Positions 1 through 8,366 of a DNA stretch of 64,000 bases are shown piece after piece. The position numbers were made by a program, and so were the translations under genes. The stretch is taken from contig JBBCAW010000021.1 of assembly GCA_051382295.1 (NCBI GenBank), forward strand, positions 1-64,000, given 5' to 3'. Numbering within the stretch: position 1 is the stretch's first letter; each line of letters begins with the position of its first letter. Origin of the DNA: Bdellovibrionota bacterium FG-1 (GTDB lineage Bacteria > Bdellovibrionota > UBA1018). The notes beneath the pieces are model-generated. The model was not told the origin of the DNA and searched no databases. It saw only the letters and a program-made list of their open reading frames with translations.

Positions 1-118
1 CACGTGGGGGATCCCGGTAAAAGTGAGGGGATCCGCGCGCGCAGGAAGCGCGTTTTTAGCGCGGAGGCTAAGGAAGGCCGACCCCGACAGCTTTTACCGG
101 GATACCCCTTTACAGGCG
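1..118 (+). ncRNA. Structured leader RNA resembling a c-di-AMP (ydaO/yuaA) riboswitch; 5' part probably lies outside the window
   Basis: Perfect 13-bp stem 11-23/91-103, extended by GGGG 7-10/CCCC 105-108; inner stems 33-38/59-64, 66-68/77-79 and 27-30/82-85. The motif GGAGGC...GCCGACCCCGACAGCU...ACCCC...AGGCG parallels the ydaO consensus GUAGGG...CCCGAACCCGACAGCU...AACCCCG..AGGC. Sits upstream of a lytic transglycosylase, a typical target class. Confidence 0.5.
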
Positions 119-150
119 CTGACGACCAGAGTATGGTCGTGACCTGATTT

Positions 151-852
151 ATGAAGTATTTTGGTCTGATTTCGACATGGACCGCTGCGATCGCCCTGTC
201 GCTTTGTTTGAGAGGCGCAGGAAAGCAACAGGCCGATCCAACGGATGATTTCAGCTTTACGCTGGACCATTCTCAGCAGTTTGAGGTTTTTCGTTTGATG
301 CCCGAGCATCGCGTGACGGAGATTTTTCAGGATCGCCTGGATCTCTTTCCCCGATCTGAAGCGTCCAAACTTTCGCGTCATCTCCTCGAACTTTGCCGTC
401 AATATCGGTTTGACCCGGCTTTTGTGCTTTCTTTGATCCAGGTAGAGAGTTCTTTTCGGGTTAAAGCGGTTTCGCCCGATGGTGCTGTTGGGTTAATGCA
501 GGTCATGCCTGCAACTGCTCTTAAAGTGGCTGAGGGGCTGGGCTTGAATTTGCTCAGGGCAGAAACGCACCAGAGCCTGGGAAGCGCACTTCTGGATCCT
601 TTTTTTAATTTGAAAATCGGCGTGAGTTATCTCGCTTTTCTGCGGGATCGTTATGAGGGGCTGTCTCCTTTCTTCTTGGTCGCTGCGTACAACGTGGGGC
701 CCGGTAAGGTGGATGAATTGAGGCTTCGAAAAAGCTTTCAGCCTGTCAATAGCCGAAAGTATTTCGATGCGATTCGCCGGGGTGTTCCCGATTTTAGATT
801 TTATCAGCCAGAAACAAAAACGATCTTTGAATCCCAGCCCCCCGCGGCTTAA
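151..852 (+). CDS. Lytic transglycosylase (SLT domain) with N-terminal signal/anchor
   Basis: SLT motifs IQVESSF, GAVGLMQVMPAT and AAYNVGPG. Confidence 0.9.
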   Translation: MKYFGLISTWTAAIALSLCLRGAGKQQADPTDDFSFTLDHSQQFEVFRLMPEHRVTEIFQDRLDLFPRSEASKLSRHLLELCRQYRFDPAFVLSLIQVESSFRVKAVSPDGAVGLMQVMPATALKVAEGLGLNLLRAETHQSLGSALLDPFFNLKIGVSYLAFLRDRYEGLSPFFLVAAYNVGPGKVDELRLRKSFQPVNSRKYFDAIRRGVPDFRFYQPETKTIFESQPPAA

Positions 853-863
853 GAGAACCTTAT

Positions 864-1247
864 ATGTATGAATTGAGAGTCAAAGCAGATTTTCCAGCAG
901 CCCATCACCTTGAAGGTTACCCCGGCGATTGTGCGAGACCCCATGGGCATAATTGGGGCCTTGAGGTTTTTGCCCGCTCCAAGCGGCTCGATTCCATTGG
1001 GATGGCGATGGATTTTCGCGCCCTCAAAGGGGCGGTAAAAGAATTGATTGCTCCGTGGGATCATCAAGATCTCAATCAGCTTCAGGATTTTCGCACCATT
1101 AATCCTTCCGCTGAGCAGATCGCGCGTTTGGCTTACGATCGGCTTTCGGCCATCATTGACAGCGGGGAGACATGGATCGAGCGAGTGACCGTTTGGGAAA
1201 ATGAACGATGTTCTGCTTCTTATTTTGATGAAAAAAAGTGCCGATAA
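864..1247 (+). CDS. queD: 6-carboxy-5,6,7,8-tetrahydropterin synthase
   Basis: F.AAH.L, C.RPHGHNW, DH..LN, NPSAE and WEN motifs; adjacent to queC. Confidence 0.95.
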   Translation: MYELRVKADFPAAHHLEGYPGDCARPHGHNWGLEVFARSKRLDSIGMAMDFRALKGAVKELIAPWDHQDLNQLQDFRTINPSAEQIARLAYDRLSAIIDSGETWIERVTVWENERCSASYFDEKKCR

Positions 1248-1252
1248 ATAGC

Positions 1253-1936
1253 ATGATTGCTCCTCGCCGTACTTTATCAGTCGTGTTGCTTTCAGGGGGG
1301 CTGGATTCGGCCGCTAATCTCGCATTTTGTCGCGAGGCGGATGAGCCCGTTTTGGCGTTGACCGCTGACTATGGGCAACGTGCTTTTGAACCTGAACTCA
1401 GAGCGGCCCAAGCCTTTTGTGATTATTATGGCGTTCCGCATGCACGGGTGGATTTGCGCTGGCTAGGCCAGCTTGGGGGCAGTTCATTGACCTCGGCGGC
1501 TCAAGAGGTTCCTAAATTGCTGACTTCGTTATTGGATGATCGAAGTACGACCGAGGCCAGCGCACGGGCCGTGTGGGTTCCAAATCGCAACGGAGTGTTG
1601 ATTAACGTGGCCGCCGCTTATGCCGAGCGATTGGCAGCAACGCGCGTGGTGGTGGGTTTTAATGTGGAAGAAGCCGTAACTTTTCCTGATAATTCAGAGG
1701 AATTTTTGCAACGTACCACCTCTTCGCTCGAGTATTCGACCGCCAATGGCGTGAGGGTTTATTGTTACACGACCCAGTGGAATAAACGGCAAATCGTGGC
1801 GGAGCTTCGAAAACTTAAAACTTCTTTTCCTTTTGATCGAGTGTGGAGCTGTTATCTGGGCGGTTCTCATCCCTGTCAGGAGTGTGAAAGCTGTCTGCGG
1901 TTCGCCCGCGCCCAGGCCTCAGGTGAGCTCGCTTAG
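1253..1936 (+). CDS. queC: 7-cyano-7-deazaguanine synthase
   Basis: LLSGGLDS PP-loop, DYGQR, VPNRN, FPD and C-terminal SCY...C..C.SC zinc site; ATG at 1253 chosen over GTG at 1238. Confidence 0.95.
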   Translation: MIAPRRTLSVVLLSGGLDSAANLAFCREADEPVLALTADYGQRAFEPELRAAQAFCDYYGVPHARVDLRWLGQLGGSSLTSAAQEVPKLLTSLLDDRSTTEASARAVWVPNRNGVLINVAAAYAERLAATRVVVGFNVEEAVTFPDNSEEFLQRTTSSLEYSTANGVRVYCYTTQWNKRQIVAELRKLKTSFPFDRVWSCYLGGSHPCQECESCLRFARAQASGELA

Positions 1937-3156
1937 ACTCTCGCCGTTGCATGCACAAAACGTCCATGTTCTTTTACTTCTTCAAGGCGGCAACTCCAGT
2001 AGAGCTTTCCGTCGTGTACGGTCATGTCAGGGCATCCGTCGCACATGTTCATCCGGCCATCCGGTAGAACATCAATAGGTTGAATGATCGTAAAAGTTTG
2101 AAAAAATGCGGGCTTCCATGCTTGACGTGGGTTTTTTGCGGCCCAGGATAAGTATTTTTTCGCGATTTTTCGCATTTTCGGGTCGATCAGGCTAAAGCCT
2201 AGCGTCGCAGAACGGCCGGCTTTGAGCATTTTTGGACTGGAGTAGCTGAGCCATTTTTGAGTGAGCGCGTGATGCGTGTTTTGACTGATTTCCATAAATC
2301 GGGGCGATACAAAACCAAACGACTCCTCGTGGTTGGCGACATGAGTTGCAAGGAGCCATTTGACGCTTCCGGCGTCCTCAGTTCCATTGAGGTAGCTGCT
2401 CGGCTCATAGTGAGGCAGGACGCTGCGAATTTTTTCGACGACTTCGGTCGCCTGGATGGGGCGGTCACCGCCCCAGTGTTGAGTCTCCGTTTTTTCGTAG
2501 GTGTCTTGGAGTGGAATTTTTTTGTCGCCGACAAAAAAATCAAAGGGGCCAAAAAGCCTGGGCTCGCGATACAGGATAAAAACGACGGTATGGACGAGGT
2601 CGGGGTGGCGCGTAGCTCAGCGGATGACTTCTGGGATTTGGCTCAAAGTATCTTCGGTGACCGTTTGATTGAAGGAATATGCGAGGCCACCTTCGGAGGC
2701 GAGCATTTCAGCGTATTTGTGACGGAGAAAATTAAACTCCCCCTCACTGCTCGCCTTTGAATCATGCCGACGTTGTGAGGTATCGATATGAAAAGTGAAT
2801 CCGAAGGCTCCGGCCTTTTTGAGTTCCTTGAGTTTAGATCGGGTGAGTGCCAGCCCATTGGTGTTGAGAATGGGCTTCCATCCCCCTTGTTTGATCATTT
2901 TAACGATTTCGACGATTTCGGGATGCACGAGGGGATCGCCACCTGCAATGCTCATGCAATCGCTTTTTCGTTCTTTTTGAAATACCGATAAATCTCTGGC
3001 AATTTGGTCCAAGGTTTTATGGCCCTTGACATGAGGGCGATAACAACCTTTGCAGGCGAGATTGCATGCGGTTGTCACTTCGAGCCAAGAAATACCATTG
3101 TCGGCGAGAGACCAAGGAAGTCGATAATAGTTTTGTGGTAAAATGGGGGCAGTCAT
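1933..3156 (-). pseudogene. Radical SAM protein interrupted by a single in-frame TGA at 2617-2619
   Basis: CNLACKGC cluster motif and GGDPL in the first part. I translated past the TGA and the same frame stays open (ATRHPDLVHTVVFILYR...) into the 1933..2295 ORF, which ends MCDGCPD...WSCRLEE. Start 3156 preferred over 3168 because of the upstream sigma54-like motif. Confidence 0.85.
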
Positions 3157-3169
3157 GGGTGCCCCCATT

Positions 3170-3185
3170 TACAAAAACGGTGCCA
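3170..3185 (-). promoter_or_regulatory. Possible sigma54 (-24/-12) promoter of the radical SAM gene
   Basis: Minus strand reads TGGCACCGTTTTTGTA (GG-N10-GT; one mismatch to the consensus GC). Confidence 0.45.
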
Positions 3186-3190
3186 ACGCT

Positions 3191-4138
3191 CTAGAAAGCA
3201 GGAAGGGGAATCTGCTGAAGGGCAGCGTTAATCAGTTTCCAAGTGAGATCGAGGTGGACTCCGTCCGTCGAGGTGAGCCCCAGCGAACTTAAGATCGATT
3301 GAGTGGCCGTAGGATGGACTCCGGAAATAATCACAAAACCCTTTCCTGACCATATTTGGCTAATGGCCGGATTGCCGTCGGGGTATGTGGCAATCACTCC
3401 GCCCGTCAGATTGGGTGTGACTGGGCCCCCATACCACAAGATATCGGCCGTCGTCCCATCGGCAAATGTTTCGAGGGTCATGGAGTAGGAGGTGCCTTGA
3501 TTTTCAAGGTAGTAGTAGTCGAGGATCGGGCCGTTAACAACGCCCAGTCCATAGCTCACATCTTGCCCCAATGCGGGTGCAGGAGCGTCGGCGATAAAGG
3601 CTCCCGCGCATATTCCAAAGTAACTGACGCCATTTTGTTGAACGGCGGTTCGGAGGTGGGCGTGAGTGGCTGCGCTTAGGCTGCTTGCCTCAGTGCCTCC
3701 GGCGCCCCCGGGAAAGATCACCAAGCCGAATTGCGAGATTTCATCCACAGTCATAGCATTCAGTTGCGCTGAATTGACTTCTTGGTGTGTTGCGCCATGA
3801 CTCGTGAGAATGCTGGCGAGCGAGGCGACCTCGGCGCTCCAGGTTCCGCTCCCGGCAAAGAGTAAGACGTCGGTTTTATAGGTTCTTTGTGTATTGCCCA
3901 CCGGAGGTGTTGGCGTCGGAGTAGGGGTAGAAGTAGAAGAGGGGGTGGGGGTGACTGTTGGAGTTGAGAAGGCGGTAGGGATGGGGTTGATTGGAGTATT
4001 TGAGTTTTGTGCATCCTCCGTGGTGGCGGTGTTCTCACTCGGAAGTGGGGTCGCAGGGGTGACGGTCGTACCTACGCAAGCGCAAAGAGAAAGCGCAACC
4101 CAAGAGGCGGTGCAGACTGAAAATATTCGATTGAGCAA
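3191..4138 (-). CDS. Putative lipoprotein with Pro/Thr linker and BPL_N-like (class I glutamine amidotransferase fold) domain
   Basis: Lipobox-like LCAC; TPTPTP linker; FPGG, GICAGA nucleophile elbow, YGGP and GVHP motifs. Confidence 0.7.
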   Translation of the reverse strand: MLNRIFSVCTASWVALSLCACVGTTVTPATPLPSENTATTEDAQNSNTPINPIPTAFSTPTVTPTPSSTSTPTPTPTPPVGNTQRTYKTDVLLFAGSGTWSAEVASLASILTSHGATHQEVNSAQLNAMTVDEISQFGLVIFPGGAGGTEASSLSAATHAHLRTAVQQNGVSYFGICAGAFIADAPAPALGQDVSYGLGVVNGPILDYYYLENQGTSYSMTLETFADGTTADILWYGGPVTPNLTGGVIATYPDGNPAISQIWSGKGFVIISGVHPTATQSILSSLGLTSTDGVHLDLTWKLINAALQQIPLPAF

Positions 4139-4282
4139 TGGGATCTCCTTGATTCATTCATTTGGGATTTCTGAGTGATACGAGCGCGTTTCGGAATAGT
4201 CTCACTGCTGGGTAGCGAGCGAGAAGAGTATTTAAATAAAAAAGTTGAAAAATAGATCTGCGTTGTTCTACGGTTTTAGTAA

Positions 4283-4813
4283 ATGAATTGCGAAACTAAC
4301 GAGGGCTTTTCTGAGGCTTACCGAAGATTTAAAAATCCCCTGTTGGATTATGTCATCGGTAGAGTCAGGGACCGCGAAAGCGCGGAGGAATTAGTTCAGG
4401 ATATTTTTATGAAGGCGTTTCGATTCAGTCATCGCTATGACTCGAAATATGCGGTTTCCACTTGGCTTTGGACTATTGCCAAGTACACCGTGATTGATCA
4501 TCTGCGCGGAAAGCCAGGAGAGCACGAGCCGATATCTCCCGAGGAACTTCCTTCTCCTTTGAGAAACGCTGAAGATCTGCTGCAGAAAAAAGACGAAAAA
4601 AAGGGACTCCTCAAAATGATCCGCACTTTGCCGAGGATGCAAAAGAAGGTTCTTTGGATGAGGATGGTTCACCAGCTTTCGGACCAGGAAATTGCGCGAA
4701 AGCTGGGATTGAGTGCAGCGGCGGTTAAAAATCTGGCCTACCGGGCTAAAAATCGTCTTTTTGAGTTGGGTTCTTGCGGACCGCTTCCGGCCGGTTTACA
4801 GAGAGAGTCATGA
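4283..4813 (+). CDS. ECF-type RNA polymerase sigma-70 factor
   Basis: Region 2 (AEELVQDIF, STWLWTIA) and region 4 HTH (EIARKLGLS...VK...RAK). Confidence 0.9.
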   Translation: MNCETNEGFSEAYRRFKNPLLDYVIGRVRDRESAEELVQDIFMKAFRFSHRYDSKYAVSTWLWTIAKYTVIDHLRGKPGEHEPISPEELPSPLRNAEDLLQKKDEKKGLLKMIRTLPRMQKKVLWMRMVHQLSDQEIARKLGLSAAAVKNLAYRAKNRLFELGSCGPLPAGLQRES

Positions 4814-5391
4814 CCTTACTCGCAACTCGGTTTTCGAAAGAGGAACGCCCCTACACAGGGGTTGAACTGAAACCTCATTTTTTGCTCACCCAGATGAACC
4901 TCAAGGGGTCGGCGATCGGCGCCTTTATCGGACCCTGTCACGTTCAGACGGAACATCTGGTGGACTGGGAAGATCGTCTTGCCCAGGATCGGATTGAGGC
5001 GCGCTGGATGGTTCACTTCATTGGCGAATTTTTTGGCATGGGCCTTCGTGAAGGCGTATTTTTGCAGCGCCTGTTTATGGCGACTTTGGGCGATTTGGTC
5101 AATGAGTCGCTGCATCAAGGGGGCCGAGCTGGCGACGGGGTGCGAAGGGATGGCGATGATCTTTTCGTAGGGGATCGCAAGCTTTCTGTTTCGATCGTGA
5201 CGGCCTCTCCCGTTTCGGTCCTTCTTCATGCTGGAATTAATATTGACCCAACCGGGGCTCCGGTGCCAGCCATCGGGCTCCAGGAACTCGGGGTTTTGCC
5301 CGAAGAGTGGGTGCCGCTCGCGCTTGAGCGATTTGCTCAAGAGTACGAGGGGATAGTTTGGGCGTGTGCCAAGGTGCGGCCAGTGCTATAA
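4810..5391 (+). CDS. DUF366 family protein (BPL/LplA-like fold)
   Basis: Y.G.EL.PH, F.GPC.V, LVD.ED, M.HFI.E.F, R.GDDL...RKLSVSI.T, H.GINI and C-terminal KVR motifs; ATGA overlap with the sigma factor stop. Confidence 0.75.
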   Translation: MTLLATRFSKEERPYTGVELKPHFLLTQMNLKGSAIGAFIGPCHVQTEHLVDWEDRLAQDRIEARWMVHFIGEFFGMGLREGVFLQRLFMATLGDLVNESLHQGGRAGDGVRRDGDDLFVGDRKLSVSIVTASPVSVLLHAGINIDPTGAPVPAIGLQELGVLPEEWVPLALERFAQEYEGIVWACAKVRPVL

Positions 5392-5401
5392 CCCCCTCAC
5401 T

Positions 5402-6898
5402 ATGTCAAACGTGCGTGTTCGTTTTGCGCCTTCCCCTACCGGTTTTTTACATATTGGCGGCGTTCGCGCTGCGCTCTTTAACTGGCTTTACGCCCGTCAT
5501 TTTGGCGGCCAGTTCCTACTTCGAATTGAAAACACCGACTTAGATCGTTCCGAGGACCGATATACTCAGGATATTTTAGCCTCTCTTCAATGGATGGGAT
5601 TAACCTGGGACGAAGAGCCGATTTTTCAGAGCAAACGCCTCGATGTTTACCGGCAGAAAGCCCAAGAACTTTTAGAGGGAGGCCATGCCTATCGCTGTTG
5701 GTGCACGGAGGCTGAAGTGGAGGCCATGCGTACCCAGGCCACGGCTGAGGGCAAAAAGCCGATGTACGATCGCCGCTGTCGCGAGCGAGCTGAACCAGGG
5801 CCAGTGGGTGCGCCTTTTGTGATTCGGGCCAAGGTGCCGCTCACGGGTTCGGTTGAATTTCACGACATGATCCGCGGGGATATCCGGGTCAATAACGCAG
5901 AGCTGGATGATTTTGTGATCATTCGGTCGAATGGGGCGCCCACTTACAATATGTCGTGCGTGGTGGACGATGTGTATTCGAAAATGACCCACATCGTGCG
6001 GGGGGATGATCATATCAATAATACCCCGAAACAGCTGCATCTGTACCGATTTTTCAATTACCCCATTCCTAAGTTTGCTCATTTGCCCATGATTTTGGGC
6101 CAGGACAAAAAGAAGCTTTCCAAGCGCCATGGCGCGGTTTCGGCCAACGCTTATCGTGAGGAAGGGTATTTACCTGAAACGATGCTTAATTTCTTGGCTC
6201 GTATTGGTTGGAGCCATGGAGACCAAGAAGTTTTTACGGTAGATGAAATGATCCAGTTTTTTGATTTTGATCATGTTCAAAAATCTTCTGGCGTATTTAA
6301 TACCGAAAAGCTGACTTGGCTCAACGGCGAACATATGCGCCGAACCACGCCAGAGCGTCTCGCTAAAATCGTGGAGGAGGACTTTGCGGCGCAATTTACT
6401 GCGCCAGAAGAGTTGAGGCGCGCGTGCTCGCCTGTCGGGGTTAAGTTGGTGGGTTTGATTCAGCCTAAGGTAAAAACCGTAAAAGAACTTACTGAGCAGT
6501 TGCTGCCGCTCTGTGCGAGCGGGGTTGGCAACGTCGATACTTCAAGTCTCAAGTGGAATAAAAATCCGGAACTTAAGGCGCCGACGCAGGCCGGGATTCG
6601 CGAGGCGATCGAGGTTTTTTCGGCCAAGATCCAAGTGGCAGGCAATGTGGCCCGTACAGGTAATGATTTGTTGTGGGGAACGGTGCCTTCCTTAGGTGAT
6701 GTGGGGATGACCCACGAGGAGATTGATGCTTGTCTTCGAGAAATGGGAACCCGTCATGGACTCAAGCTCGGAGATTTTGTAGGCCCGATGCGGTTGTGGG
6801 TGAGTGGACGGGCAGCGAGTGCAGGCCTATTTGATCTGCTGAGTGTTTTGCCCTGGAACTGGGTGGAGCCCCGGCTCCGCCTGGCGGCTGAGCACTGA
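5402..6898 (+). CDS. gltX: Glutamate--tRNA ligase
   Basis: RFAPSPTGFLHIGG (HIGH), RGDDHINNT and KLSKRHGA (KMSKS) motifs. Confidence 0.97.
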   Translation: MSNVRVRFAPSPTGFLHIGGVRAALFNWLYARHFGGQFLLRIENTDLDRSEDRYTQDILASLQWMGLTWDEEPIFQSKRLDVYRQKAQELLEGGHAYRCWCTEAEVEAMRTQATAEGKKPMYDRRCRERAEPGPVGAPFVIRAKVPLTGSVEFHDMIRGDIRVNNAELDDFVIIRSNGAPTYNMSCVVDDVYSKMTHIVRGDDHINNTPKQLHLYRFFNYPIPKFAHLPMILGQDKKKLSKRHGAVSANAYREEGYLPETMLNFLARIGWSHGDQEVFTVDEMIQFFDFDHVQKSSGVFNTEKLTWLNGEHMRRTTPERLAKIVEEDFAAQFTAPEELRRACSPVGVKLVGLIQPKVKTVKELTEQLLPLCASGVGNVDTSSLKWNKNPELKAPTQAGIREAIEVFSAKIQVAGNVARTGNDLLWGTVPSLGDVGMTHEEIDACLREMGTRHGLKLGDFVGPMRLWVSGRAASAGLFDLLSVLPWNWVEPRLRLAAEH

Positions 6899-6915
6899 GG
6901 CTCCCGAGTGCCCCA

Positions 6916-7680
6916 TTAAAAGGTTTTTCCGAAGATCATTTTGAACGTCCAGTCATTTGACGCGCTTGAAAGCCCTTTACCCAGGCCAACGTTGAATTCG
7001 ATAGGTCCATCGATGAGGTCACCGACTAAAAACAACAGATGTTCTTGTTCGGCAAAGCCTGGAATAGTGTTCAGCTCTCCTAAGGTCGCATAATATTCGG
7101 TGCCCAAGCCAAAACCTTTGCCTGTGTTGTAGCGGATTTTGAAAGCGGGCTCGAGTTCGGGGGCGAGCGTGGAGCCACTGAAGGACCAGCCAAAGATCGG
7201 GTTAAAGTCAAAAAGAAAAGGGCCGAGTTCATAGGCGATGATCGGCCGAAACTCGGAGGCCCAGCCCCCCTCTTCAAATTCTTTGGGGACGCGTCCGAGT
7301 TCTACATTCAGCCCCAGTTGAATCGGAGCGGAGAGTTCTTTAGGAAGGATAAACTTCGAGCGAAGTTTGAAACCCCCATAGTAAAACTGCCGGTCGGAGG
7401 TCATGGCCATTTGGAGATAGCCGCCAAGCTCCCACCACTGGGTAACCCCATAAGAAGGTTCAAGGGTGAGGTGGGTCAGGCCATGAGGGGTGACTTCGCC
7501 GTCATACTCTGGGGTGGTTCGCCCTTTAACTACGGTGTTGTAGTGAAGTTCTATTCCTGCCTGGCCGGGATTATTGGTCTCGGCTTCGTAGACTTGGATT
7601 TCAAAGGCGTCCATGGCTTGCGCCGCTGGAGGAGTGGTGAGGGCCAGAAGAAAGAGTGGGATTGAGAGGGGGTGTTTCAT
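6916..7680 (-). CDS. Putative outer-membrane beta-barrel protein, probably metal-regulated
   Basis: Signal peptide (AQA), alternating amphipathic strands and C-terminal Phe; Fur-like box immediately upstream. Confidence 0.65.
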   Translation of the reverse strand: MKHPLSIPLFLLALTTPPAAQAMDAFEIQVYEAETNNPGQAGIELHYNTVVKGRTTPEYDGEVTPHGLTHLTLEPSYGVTQWWELGGYLQMAMTSDRQFYYGGFKLRSKFILPKELSAPIQLGLNVELGRVPKEFEEGGWASEFRPIIAYELGPFLFDFNPIFGWSFSGSTLAPELEPAFKIRYNTGKGFGLGTEYYATLGELNTIPGFAEQEHLLFLVGDLIDGPIEFNVGLGKGLSSASNDWTFKMIFGKTF

Positions 7681-7683
7681 ATG

Positions 7684-7698
7684 TGATACCTTCTATCA
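7684..7698. promoter_or_regulatory. Fur-box-like operator upstream of the beta-barrel gene
   Basis: TGATACCTTCTATCA, a 15-bp inverted repeat similar to the Fur core TGATAATnATTATCA and to the box at 8178-8192. Confidence 0.65.
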
Positions 7699-7726
7699 TT
7701 TAGTTTGAGTTCAGGGTGAGATTGGG

Positions 7727-8170
7727 TTAAGAGTGGCAACGAGCGCAGAGCCCGCGGAGGTCGTGACGGTGCGATTGAATTAAAAAACCGTGTTGGGCCG
7801 CGATTTGACGTTGGAGGTTTTCGATGAGTTCCGAGTGGAATTCGATTACCTGTCCGCAACTTGAGCAGACCATATGGTCGTGGTGTCCGTTTGTAATCTC
7901 GTAGCAAATCTGTCCGGAGCCCATTTCAAGGCGGGTGACGATCAAAGCTTCCTGAAAAGTTTTGAGGGCCCGGTAAACGGTGGCCTCACCGATGTCGAGT
8001 TTGCGGGCTTGGGCGAGGATGTCTGCGAGCTCTAGGTGAGTTTTGGACCGCAAAAGAAGCTCAAAAATGTGTTCGCGACTTTTAGAATAACGAATGCCCT
8101 TGGCTTCTAAGTAAGCCTTGAGCTGGAGCCGTGCAAAAGCGTGTTGATCTTTGGATCCTGTTTTGAACAT
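7727..8170 (-). CDS. Fur-family transcriptional regulator
   Basis: ATVYRAL winged helix, HHDHMVCSSCG and C-terminal GLCARC. Confidence 0.93.
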   Translation of the reverse strand: MFKTGSKDQHAFARLQLKAYLEAKGIRYSKSREHIFELLLRSKTHLELADILAQARKLDIGEATVYRALKTFQEALIVTRLEMGSGQICYEITNGHHDHMVCSSCGQVIEFHSELIENLQRQIAAQHGFLIQSHRHDLRGLCARCHS

Positions 8171-8171
8171 T

Positions 8172-8205
8172 CACAACTGATAGCTACTATCACTTGTGTT
8201 GTCAA
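8172..8205 (-). promoter_or_regulatory. Autoregulatory Fur-like operator overlapping a sigma70 promoter
   Basis: CACAAcTGATAGctaCTATCAcTTGTG inverted repeat (8172-8198); TTGACA on the minus strand at 8205-8200. Confidence 0.7.
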
Positions 8206-8366
8206 ATTTTTTTTGCGGTTTTAGTTCTCGTAAAAACTGCGCCATTTTCCTGACGTCTCGCAACGCTAAAAAAACGCTAAAAAATTCTCAATATTTCGCC
8301 CCACCCTCCGAAACGTTTCTAAAGCAGTACCGACGTTCGTTTCGACTTCATACCCAAGGAGGGTGT

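Noticed and set aside
853..863. preQ1 riboswitch before queD (also checked before queF)
   Set aside because: Only 11 nt separate slt and queD; upstream of queF there is just the neighbouring gene's terminator and no preQ1 motif.
2581..2619. Selenocysteine or genome-wide TGA recoding at the radical SAM stop
   Set aside because: No convincing SECIS-like hairpin follows the TGA, the context looks like a Trp position, and TGA ends several intact genes here.
2257..2760. 167-aa plus-strand ORF
   Set aside because: Antisense shadow of the radical SAM frame; no motifs.
3913..3960. Repetitive GT-rich DNA
   Set aside because: Explained by the Pro/Thr linker of the BPL_N lipoprotein.
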